Assembly: GCF_947568905.1 (NCBI RefSeq)
Contig: NC_079167.1
Coordinates: 26,474,001 to 26,538,000, forward strand
DNA length: 64,000 bases
DNA from: Ostrea edulis
Taxonomy: Eukaryota
Reading direction: 5' to 3'
The notes under the pieces: model-generated
What the model saw: the letters and a program-made list of their open reading frames with translations, nothing else
What the model was told of the DNA's origin: nothing
The model's database searches: none
Made by a program: the position numbers and the translations under genes
Shown: piece after piece, positions 11,279 through 23,151 of the stretch
How positions within the stretch are numbered: the first letter of the stretch is position 1
How the letters are laid out: every line of letters starts with the position of its first letter

Positions 11279-13313
11279 TTTATCAATAAAGATATAATTC
11301 ATTAAAATGAATTTATACGTGCGAGAGAAAATATTCTTAACCAATCAAACATCAATATCGTGGTCAGTCGTCACGGTGTTATCCACACAGTGTGATCAAT
11401 TGGCAGACGACATCGTTATGTCTCAGTTACATCAAAGATCGTTCAGAAGTTCCATAATCGACTAAACATTAATGTTCCTGGCAAGGAAGTCCCAAATTTC
11501 ATCTAGCAATATTGTACAATATTACGACTTTATTTCATTCATATATTGAAAAAAAAAATTATAGACAGATTAGTAAAATAGTGTTTTCAGGGAAATATTT
11601 CTGTAGGTAATGGAAAATATAACGAAATAGGAAAACGAATTCAACTGCACAATACTTACATCATACAATTTTCAATATTATTTGTAAATTTATTTACATT
11701 TATACCAGGCTTGATGATAAACTTTTCTTTGTAATTTTATGATTATTTCTCCAACATGTGATATTCAAATTACATGTTACAGGGAAATTACAGCAAAAAA
11801 TATAAAGATATTATTTCAAAAGTTTTATTCAAAATTTCCTAATCATATTGGTAAATGTAAGCACAAAACAAACTACTGAGATTTTTTCATGTCTGAAAAG
11901 TGAATATTTGTGGCCACTTCCTTGAGTACTAGTAGTGGGTTTAGTAGATCTTGGGGACAATTCTTTATGCACCTTTTCCCGTTCTTTTGGCGATCTTTAC
12001 TGGACATAATAATGATTAATGTGTTGACCGTATCGTTATACGATCTCTCACCTGAACACTCCTTCGGGCCAAATTGCCTCTAGACTAATCAAGTATATAT
12101 AAAAACAAATAGGGTCATACGTATAGAAAAAAAGCAATCATTTTTCAATGATATACACTATATATGTTGATCTATGCCCAATAACATATCTGTTATCAGA
12201 GTTTGTTTCTTTATATAGAACAGAACAATATTATTGTTACACAAACATAGTTATCAAAGGAAGCCTTAATGAGAGGATTTGTCCGTTAAACAAACTCTTT
12301 ACGGGGAGTTCAGAATTATTTGCCATTTGCCAATGGGTTTTTTTTTTGGGTGATAAATTCAAATTGTTTTCATTTTTCGATGAAGTAACTATGACGCGCA
12401 AGTTACCTATTAACTTTCCATAAGATAAAACCGCTCTCTCAACATGTATATTAAACCTAGTTATTTCACCAGAACAGTTTTGTTCATATTAAAGGGGATA
12501 ACAGAAGCAGGTGATCCAAATGTAATTTACCAATTACCCAAGTGTTGTTCCATGTTTCCATTATTTTTACCACTCCCCCTTAATGTAAACAGAATAAAAA
12601 AGTTTACCCGTTTCTCTGTTGATTGTATGCATATAGATATCAAAGACACATGCACTTGTCATGCTTTTGCCAGTAAATATGATACATACAAAGAAACTTC
12701 TAAAAATACTTGTATATATTTCAGAATTGGATCATCAAACATTTGATCTGGAATAAAAATTCATGACATTGCGTCTGTCAGCAGAAAATATATCAAAAGT
12801 GCAAATGATAGTATGTCAACCACATAAAGAAAAGTGCCACTAGTGGCAGTACTAGAAATTGTTCCACCGTGTTAGTGTGCGGTTACCGCGGGTTGAGGTA
12901 GATTAGCATTCGTTTATGACCCTGTACATTGCGTGGGTGACATGCAAGAACTGTTTTATTTCAAGTTCGCGTGTTACCAATGAATACATAATAATTGCTA
13001 AACCAATTGTCATTACTTCAACCATAACTAGTTCTTTATGGAATGTGCGGTGGCGGTGGCGGCGGCGGCGGATTGGAGACTTAGATAATAAATGTTCATA
13101 CAATGTAGTAGGAGAATAAAAGTTTAAGCTATGATAGAGAGAAGAATTCAACAACTTTGGCTAATACAAACCAAATCTGGTGATTCTGAAATTTTTGGTA
13201 ACATTCAACAATCAGAGAAAATATATTACATCGTAAGGATCATCATCGCATGTTCTGGTATATAGCGAAAAACATCCTACAAATATATTCTACTTTATTT
13301 TCTAGCATGAACA

Positions 13314-13399
13314 TAGCTGCAGAACTGTATATCGCTCTCTGAGAAAATATTGGGACAGATCAGAGATCTTTTTTTCAGAGAGCTACAGTTCTGCAGCTA
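13314..13399. mobile_element. Short foldback (MITE-like) element between genes B and C
   Basis: tagctgcagaactgta..gctctctgagaaaa / tttttcagagagc tacagttctgcagcta inverted repeat with TA at both ends. Confidence 0.5.
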
Positions 13400-14069
13400 A
13401 TAATATGAACAGTGCATTTTATCTAGGATTTTTATTCACATATGTTTACTTACTATCTATATTTGTTTTGACGATGTAACTTTTCCCCTATATCATGAAT
13501 ACTCGCATATATCAAGCTTTGTAAACGCGCATGCACCATAAAAAAAATTTTGTTCGTGCATCTGACTGTCAATGTTAACCCTGTTCTTGGACGAAGCTCG
13601 CATTTTTCTGCCTGGTACAAACATCGCCTGTAATTTTATCAAATCTGTTCTATTTACCAGAATCACGCTCAGAGAGACTTTATGACGATTTCATATCCTC
13701 ATACCAAGATATGCTCACACAAAATAAATTATACAAGCCCTTCTCTTTGTTTCATGGTCCGCTTCCTGACTCAGTAAGGTGACATATTTGACGGTTGTCT
13801 CTGATCATCAAGAGAACAAGCTGGCCATCAAAAATTGTGTATAGCACACAGTAATTATAACCACCATGCCCATTGGTATAAAAGCATAAAGATGTCCAGT
13901 CGTAAGCCAATCAAATCGTGGTTTTCGAAAAAGCTATGACACATAAGTATCAACTGTAGAGCTATATGTCCTCTCGATGTATTCAAACAATGGGATGTTT
14001 AGAAAGCGTACGTGAGATGCACAGATAGTTTTGATAATCATCAAAAAGTTTCTGCTTGTGCTGAAAACA

Positions 14070-17000
14070 ATGTGTGCTTTAAGGATTCTTTTTATGACTG
14101 TGATGTTATTCTGTTTTTGTGACGGGACTTATTTCTTTAAACCTAAGAAAATATTTTTGCCTCCGATTCATCATATGCCTCACATGCATCATCATCCGCA
14201 CCCTCATCACCACCACCACCATCATCACCATCATCATGGAATGAAGGACCACGGACACATTCACAAATTTCACAAGACAAAGATTCTGAGACCGATCATT
14301 CACCACAAAATTCGCCCTCTTCCAAAACCAGTGATGTACAAGACTTTTCTGATTAGAAAATACAGTTTGCCGCCAAATTTTCATGTGCACATTCCGTTGA
14401 ATAAGAAAATCTATGCACACACCCATGGACCACCTGGACCGCATACCCATTATCCAGAAAAACCCATGTTTATGATGCAAAAACGAAAGATGAAGAAGCT
14501 TTATAGACCAAAACAAGTGTTTCCTCCTCGTGGATATCAACAACCTCCAGCAAAGAATATTTTGAGACATAGAAATATACGAAAATATCCACAAATACCG
14601 GATCCATCCATGCAAATGCAGACAAATATGTTTCTACCTACAGGAATTCTACCACCGCCAAAATCTAGGCCCCCCAAAACCCCTGGAATTAACAAGTATG
14701 ACCTGTGGCTTACGAAAATTAATGAGTGGATGATAAAAAATCAGAATACTGCTAAAGGACTCCCAGTGAAGAGAAAAAGAAAACGGATTATCAACAAGAT
14801 ACACATGAATGTCCCAACTCCTGTTCAAAAATTGAACATTAAGAAACCCGAACCGAAAAAAAAGAACGACGGAATCATCGCTAACTTTGTGGTAGTCAAG
14901 CCACCGTTTATCAGCAAGAGTGAGGAGACTGCCGTTCCAGGAATCCCCGTATTTGAAAATCCCAAACCCTCTATAAAAGACAATATTCTGGATATTCCAA
15001 AATTAGATATGAAACTGCGTCCCACAGCGCCAGTGATGGGTATTCCTATCAGTCTGGATGATATAGGACCCCCGTTTGATATTAACGTTGCCAATAACCA
15101 GAACCGGGGTGACCTTCCACCACCCATTGAAATTGTTGACGACCCAGGTCCTAGTAGAACCGGTGATGGTGATAGAATTGGCATTGGGATTCCTGTAAAT
15201 TTGAGTCCGGGACCATTTGAGTCGGATTCCGTTACACCTCCCAACATCATAGTGGACAGGTTACCTACAGAACAGAACGTCAACAGTATTGTTCCGCTTC
15301 CCGGGAAAATCAACGATATGCTGACAAATGTAGGTGACTTGTCTCACTTTCCAAATTTAGATTTGAGTAATGAACCATTAATAATTGAACCCTTTATGCA
15401 AATACCACCGCTCAGTCAGAGTCCGATGCCGTTTGACATACAGCCATTCCCTTGGGATGTATCGCAAATACCTTTCCCACCGGAAATAATTCCACGTACT
15501 TCAAATAAGGAAAAGGAACCGTACGTTATGAAACCATTGGAACCGATTGTAAAGATGATTGGCCGGGACAGCGTGAAACGTAAAAACGACACAGTATTTG
15601 TTCCTAAACCAATATTAGACCCAGAATATAATGATACTGAGATTGCAAAAGAAGCACCGTATAACATATTTACAGAGGGCCCAGCTGATGTATCCACAAA
15701 TGAACATCAAACATCAATGCCGCCAATTCCACTGCAGACTATTAAACATGACCCCAGTGCATCATCAATTTCTACAACAGCGCAACCATCAACTAAATAC
15801 CAAACGACGTTTACTCTACCACCATTGTCTTTAATGGAGTTCAAACATTCAACTTCTTCTCCGGATGTAACAACACAGACAACAACTATGCGAAACAAAG
15901 AAACGACACCAGCAATTATGACAACAACTCCATTACCAACAATCATACCGGTACCAGATCCCAGTATCCTTGTAAATGGATCAACGGGAGAAGGTCAACA
16001 TAATGTGGACATGGTTGACCAAATAATAGATAAAGAACAACAGAATGACACAGCGTTCTTTAAATATCGACCGGAAGAATCGTTCCCCTACTTATCATTT
16101 CATGGTCTAAAGACATCAACAGCAGCTTCAAAAATCTCGGATACTCGCAAAGAGACAACAACGGCTTGGGCGGTAACTACCGCTTCTCAGCCGACAACAA
16201 AACTATTCAAAGAAACACCAGGTGTGCAAATATTTACGACAACACTTCCCGCACCTGTGACAAACGATCAGGTAAATGAGGAAATAATTTTAGATTTTAT
16301 GACTGATAAACAAATTAGATCATCAAGATCCGATGTTGTGCTTGATTATTCAACCTCTGATAAAGACCAAACAACAACGCCGAAAACACAAGAACGTACA
16401 TCGTTAAAGAGGAGCGACTCTACTTCCACGCAGCCGACAACTGCGGAAGCAACAACATCGACCACTACATTACCCACCACAACACAACTCCTGACAATCC
16501 CAAGTTCAACCACAAAAACCACATTAAAAAATCATACCACTCCGAAATTAGATGATGTTAGTATGGACTCATCAACAACACAGTCAGTATCGACAACAAA
16601 GTCTACCACACTTGACCAAACAACAGAACGTATCTCATCCACAACAAGTGACTACTATTCAGAAACACCAACATACGACTATGTTACAGACCTTTATGAC
16701 TGGCCTTTCAACTGGACAGAAAATTCAACCTTTGTATATTTCGATGACGTCCTGAACATAACACAACAAACAACAGAAATACGTGTTGAAAATACAACAA
16801 CGCCAACAGTCAACATGACTTCAACACCAACACCATCAACTTCAATATTGGTTTCTTCCGAGTTTTCCTCAAGTCACAACCCCACCACAACTATGATGGA
16901 TTTTAGAGGCACAAAACAGACGACAACACTCCCGTCACCTCAGACAGCGGATCTTGATCAGACAACAACCAATACCTCTACCGAACCTACATCTACAATT

Positions 17001-18466
17001 GAAAAGCACTGGCAAACATCACTCTCGCAAACTAACACAACGACCCCGATAGCTACTGGACGCTCAACAACAATGTCAAACAACCAAAACATTTCAGTCA
17101 CTACATCAACTCCGAGATCATCAACAACCGAAGGAACAAAGATATGCCAACAAATGTAAATGTTTCACTAATTATGCTAAAACAATTTATATTTAATTAA
17201 TTATAGGTTTTGTTTTGTTCCATAATAACATTATATATACAGTGTAATAAAATATGCATTTTACTTTTTGCAGATACTGCCAAATCGGTCATGAATGTAC
17301 AGAGAATAATACATGGCTTTGCCCAGATGACGCGCCCGGGACTGACTGCCAGTGCACGCAGGGGTGCCGAGAAGGGCAAATGTTCATACCACTTGGAGAA
17401 TCATTCTATGTAGACGAGTGTGGCAGTGTCTGTTCTTGCTTTAACCTTTACGGAAAGGTATTTTTGCCGCAAAATATTTTTATCAATGCATCGATATAAA
17501 TGTCTCTCCATGATTATTCACAGAAATCACGATTCCAAGTTTTATATTATTACAATGTTTTTTTGTTAGGCTGAGTGCCAAAAGATGCAATGTCCAAACA
17601 GCACCGTAGCAGATCCGGAAAAGAACCGACGAAACTATACTGGGATTTCCATCGGCGGCGTGATCTACATTCCTGTACAACGTGTCAAAATTCCAAAGAA
17701 AACCAAATCGAAAATTCCCGGTGACGATGGCTATACGTATGGTATTTCGATTGGTGGTGTCATCTATATACCGAAAAGAAACCACACGAACGCTCAACTT
17801 GATAAAAACACCAATTGGACGTCCGGAATATCGCTGGGTGGCGTCATTTATGTTCCTTCTCGAGAACACACAAATGAACAAAATGTCAATTCTGACTATG
17901 AGAATGTGGTTGACGGGAATTCTAGTTGGACAAAAGGAATAACTATTGGAGGTATAATCTATGTACCAGTGCATAAAAGAAAGAAAACTTTTCAAGAAAA
18001 GAATAAAGAGTTTGAAAAGATATATGACAAGACAGAATTTGCTGATGCGGATGTCATATCTGTTGAAACGCCTTACGGTTCAACACGGGGCATCACTATC
18101 GGAGGTGTTATTTACATACCAAACAAAAAGAGAAATGAGCCTGTCCATTTCCTTGGTGGAAACGAATTGCAATCAAACAATAAAAATCAGACTTCGCCAA
18201 TACAAGTGGAATACCCACTCGGATGGACAGATGGCATTTCAATCGGTGGGATCATTTATGTGCCCGTCCAACAACGCCGGAAGGTCCAAAACGAACCAGT
18301 TTATTTGATACCCAACATCAAAACAGAACCCGACAACAAAAATAACATTCCGTATTTGACTAAAACCGCTGGGATACATATTGGAGGCATCATCAACGTT
18401 CCCATTGCTAAACGATCATCAATTAAATCTATCAAAATAAAAAAGATGAACCCAGCTTTTGGATAA
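14070..18466 (+). CDS. Cluster gene C: secreted His/Lys/Pro/Thr block protein (~1388 aa) with internal 12-Cys module and C-terminal GISIGGVIYIP repeats
   Basis: Exons 14070-17155 (phase 2), 17274-17457 (phase 0), 17570-18466. Signal peptide MCALRILFMTVMLFCFCDG. Module CQQIYCQIGHECTENNTWLCPDDAPGTDCQCTQGCREGQMFIPLGESFYVDECGSVCSCFNLYGKAECQKMQC. TATAAAA at 13877, AATAAA at 18616. Confidence 0.9.
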
Positions 18467-18844
18467 GTTTGTTCCAAAACCTACGTATCCCATTCTTTTC
18501 AATGCTACAAAATTTCATCACGATGAGGCACACAGTCCCATTTGCATGTTATTTATTTATTTGTGATATTGCTTTATCATTTTCATTTTGTCATGTTCTT
18601 TTGAAATCCTTTTACAATAAAATATCTTTAAAACAACTTATTCTTCTAACTTTATCACAATACTGACCCAAATACTGGTGCCTAGTACACAGGTACCTAT
18701 TATTTGTCTTATACAGAATACATGATTCAGGGCGGTTTTATGTCTACCGTCGTTCTGTGATATAACCAGAGTTAAAATGAAGATGCATCAAAGAAACATT
18801 ATTACATTTACGACCACAAATGTTTCTACACACGGATATACTAT

Positions 18845-19020
18845 ACACTATATACAGGGCTCGCGGCTGGTGCGACAGGGGATGCTTACTCCTCCTAAGC
18901 TACTGATCCCACCTCTGGTGCATGTATATCCAGGAGTCCGTGTTTGCCCAACTCTCTATTTTGTATTGCTTATAGGAGTAATGAAATTGATCAATATTCG
19001 TTACCTTCGCCTTTCATTGC
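18845..19020 (+). mobile_element. Penelope-like retroelement 3' end fragment
   Basis: Shares gggctc...ggggatgcttactcctcct...attgatca...ttcgtta...cctttcat with 25590-25795. Confidence 0.55.
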
Positions 19021-20035
19021 TTCTCGCAGATGGTGTTTTCCAAACAAGTTCGGACAATTCAATCATTTTACTAGTACTCAACTTTTTTTCTGCTAGCCTA
19101 TGGTCACACAACCTGACACGTGGCCTGCCGCCTACCTATTTTATTCCTGTATGTATTTTTGGTTTTTTTCTGCGATCTATAGATAATTATATATTTACTA
19201 TGTAATTAGTTTCATCGCATATCTCATATGACTGTCAACTGTCAGCAATATATAATTATTTTCTATCACTTATATAAATATACTCATAACTAATTGCAGC
19301 CTGTTCTGTGTTTGATCCACTAGTATAACTGTCCGTTTCAACCTCTTTATGACAACACGGCTTTTATTGGTGTCAAGTGCTGGACTTTGGATTTTATGCC
19401 ACTCTCATAACATAGAAAAGAACTTGCGTCAAACAGTGACAATTGTCGTTGTTCTTATTTCAAAATGCAAGCAAACATTCTCCAAAAAGAGCATCTGCAT
19501 ATTGCATTACATAAACATTAAATGACGAATATTTGTTTTTTCTTTAACCCGCCGGAAGGAATGTCCGGAGAGCTTATTGTAATGACCCCGGTGTCGGCGT
19601 CAGCGACACACTCTGAGGTAGCTCAGTACACCAACATTTTATTTGATGGCTCGTTAAGACATAATCAAATGTACAATTTGAAATTAAAATTATTATTTGC
19701 GATGCTGAAATTAACCTTCAAAGTTGACCAAAGCAGTGTTTTCCCTATTTTAGCATCGATTTTGGCATCAATTTTGACCTTGAAGTCCTTTAGGACAGGC
19801 CTGTCCCTAAATTGAATTATAAGAGTTTGATAGGTTGCAAACGTAAGGACAATGTACAATAGGATTTTTGGGGGGACTCTTACCTTGGTGTCGAAATTTA
19901 CAAAAAAAAGCCTACAAAAAATTAAGGAACCTGTTTTTGACAACCTGGTTCAAATTTATACCTTCAATCCTTAAAGTAAGCTACACCGCTGTCATTGTAT
20001 ATGCCGTGGTTCTTTTTTGTCATTGTTCGATTACA

Positions 20036-21124
20036 TTTTTAGGTCACCTGAGTAAACTCAGGTGACCTATTCCAATCGGTTGTCGTCCGTCGTCGTCCTC
20101 CGTGCGTTAACAATTGAACATTTTTAACTTCTTCTTGATGATTACCAGTCCAATTCTTTTCAAATTTGATATGAAGTATTTTGGGGACAAAGGGTACATA
20201 AATTGTAAATTTCAGGTCTCCAACACCCCTGGGGCCTTAGGGACGGGGCAAAAACTGTCCAAAATTTACCAATTTTCAAAAATCTTCTCTTCAAGAACCG
20301 CACATGTGTAAGAAAAATTAAATGCGTGGTGATGGAGAGCAGGAAGGCCTCTACCAAAGTTGTAAATTTCATGATCCCCGGGGTAGGGGTTCTGATCCCA
20401 GGGCGGGGTCAAACTTGTTATATAGTGTTTATGTGTAAAACACTTAAATAACATCTTCTTTACTGCTGTTGATACTAAATTGAAACTAAATGGATAGAGC
20501 AGGTAGTCTTTCACCAAGATTGTAAATTTGACGATCCCCAGAGTAAGGGTTCTGATCCCAGGGCGGGGTCAAACTTGTTATATAGTGTTTATGTGTAAAA
20601 CACTTAAATAACATCTTCTTTACTGCTGTTGATACTAAATTGAAACTAAATGGATAGAGCAGGTAGTCTTTCACCAAGATTGTAAATTTGACGATCCCCA
20701 GAGTAAGGGTTCTGACCCCAGGGTGGGGCCAAATTTAGTTTATAGTATTCATGTGTAAGTTTGCTGATACTGTATAAAATCTAAATGCTTCTTTAGGAAT
20801 AGCAGAAAAGGACATACAAACAAATGGTGAATTTCAATCAAAACCCAGGGTTATGACTTTAGGATGAGTCCAAATTAGGCATATGTTTTGATGTTTTAAT
20901 GTTAATACACCTATTATTTAAAGCCTTTCACCAGTGTATGCACTTTTGAAGGCAGTGAAGTTTTAAGAACACATCTTTGTTTTATACTGTTGCTGAACAT
21001 TAGAATTTAGCTTAGATATTCAGAACAGGGAAATTTTTTTCTAGATTCCATAGCCCATGGAAGTAGTGATACTTTTTCACTAATATTCAGGTGACCGATA
21101 AGGCCTGTGGGTCTCTTGTTTTTT
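20036..21124 (+). mobile_element. HINE/Helentron-type element carrying a 160-bp tandem repeat
   Basis: 5' T-run plus hairpin aggtcacctgag-taaa-ctcaggtgacct, gtc(c) microsatellite, 160-bp units (tgtaaattt at 20361, 20521, 20681), 3' caggtgacc...aggcctgtgggtctcttgtt plus T-run. Confidence 0.8.
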
Positions 21125-21334
21125 AAATTTGACCTTTTCCACACTTTCTATATTTTGTACAAAATAGCAATAAATCTCAGAAGTCATAGGACATTCTATT
21201 TCTTTCTTTCTAAAGCTGCATCATAATACTTGATTGAATAGGCTTTTTAAAAAAAATAATAACTGTGAAGTGTGGTAATGTCTTGATTTTCTGTATCGTC
21301 TAAATCAGAGGATAAGTCTTGCAAATTTGTTGAA

Positions 21335-21625
21335 TTGTCTGTTGGAATTCCCATAAGCACAAATTGTGCTCCTTTTTTAGTTGACTTTTTTTATATTCTT
21401 ATGAGACAGGATTTATTCTAAAGCTTCTACAACAGAAGAAAAAATCTCTAAATGTGGCCTTTAACTCTACATTTTGATATATCGACGACGTTTTATCTAT
21501 TAACAATTCTCATTTTCATTCATATGTTGATTCGATGTATCCCAGTGAGCTCGAAATAAAAGACACCACAGAGTCTCCCACATCTGCTTCGAATACCTTT
21601 GCTTCGTTATCTTCACATTTCCATG
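21335..21625 (+). pseudogene. Degenerate Penelope-like reverse transcriptase fragment
   Basis: Translates (one frameshift, one stop) to GIPISTNCAP...LYSYE...AFNSTF*YIDDVLSINN...YPSELEIKDTTES, with the YxDD catalytic motif. Confidence 0.8.
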
Positions 21626-23151
21626 CATATTGTTAACATTGTTATTATGAATAAAGAATAAGAAATGCATTAAATCTTAACCTTGAGGAACTCCAATATG
21701 ATAACTTATATGAGTACAAAACACAAACCCGGTAAAAAGTCTGCTTGATATTTCTGGAAGGTTGTCAATATGAAACTAGTTGTAGGGTTATTGTATTGTA
21801 TTGTAAAAAAAACAAACAAAAAAACAAAAAAAAAAAACCCCTCACTTTTTAAAAATTGTTTTCCCTGACTTACACAGTATAAGTTTTCCTCAATGTCACA
21901 CTGTAATCTAATTTCATTTAATTGTGTTTTATTTTTGCACTCCTCTTCCTACCCCTGTAAAGCGACTCGGAGTAATTTATCTTATATAATTTTTATCATT
22001 ATTATTCTTTGACGTGCGTTATTTCTACTTCTTCAATAAACTGAAACGGTCAACCTGGCGTCGGACAAATTCTATGAAAACTCTAACGAAAATTCACCTG
22101 CGTGATGTATCTTTAGTATGACCACGCATTATGTACATCACTTGTATAATAAACTCACAGTACAGGAGAAAAGTGATCGAATAAACACCTTCAGTGCGCA
22201 TAAATCGTTTTATCTGTATTATACCAGTATTTTGATCTAATCTTTAAAAAAAAAAAAAAAACAACAGCGGCCAAATTGCAATTTAGGATCTTTTCAAGAT
22301 CGCTTTATTTCTGTACATTAATTATATTCTTAATCGTGTTTGTGTGAATCACTAATGTATAAAAAGAAATCTTAACTCATGGAGCATGTTCATCAAGTAG
22401 TAACGAGTGCCTGAAATACTGCCGAAATTTAGAACCGTGTGGCTTTCTCAGTTTTAATAGATTCAGTTAACTTAATATGCATAATTGTTTTCAAAGTTTC
22501 ATCTGATAGACAAGGAAATCTAAAAAGATTTATGAATTATTACAAATTAACGGACAGTACCGTGTTAAATTCAAGTAAATGATTATTATTGCGGACATAC
22601 ACCTGGTGAAATTCAGAGTCATCGCCGGACACGTTGATGTAGGAAGTTTAAGCTTATCCTTTGATCGCCTACCCAGCGTTCTAACTTTATTATGATAATG
22701 ACTCATTGATTTCGTTTGCCATATATTTTTGACAGAGTCTATAATTCATTGTCACTTTTTATTGTTGTGCACGTATGCTGCACGTAATTTCTCGCCGGTC
22801 ATTTACAGCCCACTGGTCACTGTGCGTTGTCCTGACTGTCCTCTAAACCGTATATTTACGTCATGGACCTTAACGACCAGTTTAATATCAACCGACAATA
22901 AAATTCTTGTATGTGTACCCCCACGAATGACAAAACTTGTGAATTTCATTCATGGAGAATGTTCCCATTCATGAAATCCTGGCACTCCGTGATGTGTGCT
23001 TCCTGGAGGTGTAAAATGCGTAAACAGAGCGTAAACATGTGGTGGTCACTTTGTTATAAAAAGAAAACAATGCTTTTAGCAGGCATAATCGAGTTAGAAA
23101 GACAATCAGTTTTATCCAATCTTTCTTAATATCTATTCTTTTTTGCAAGAC

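Noticed and set aside
20114-20677. Duplicated ORFs MVKDYLLYPF... (20266-20517, 20486-20677)
   Set aside because: Artefacts of the 160-bp tandem repeat in the HINE element.
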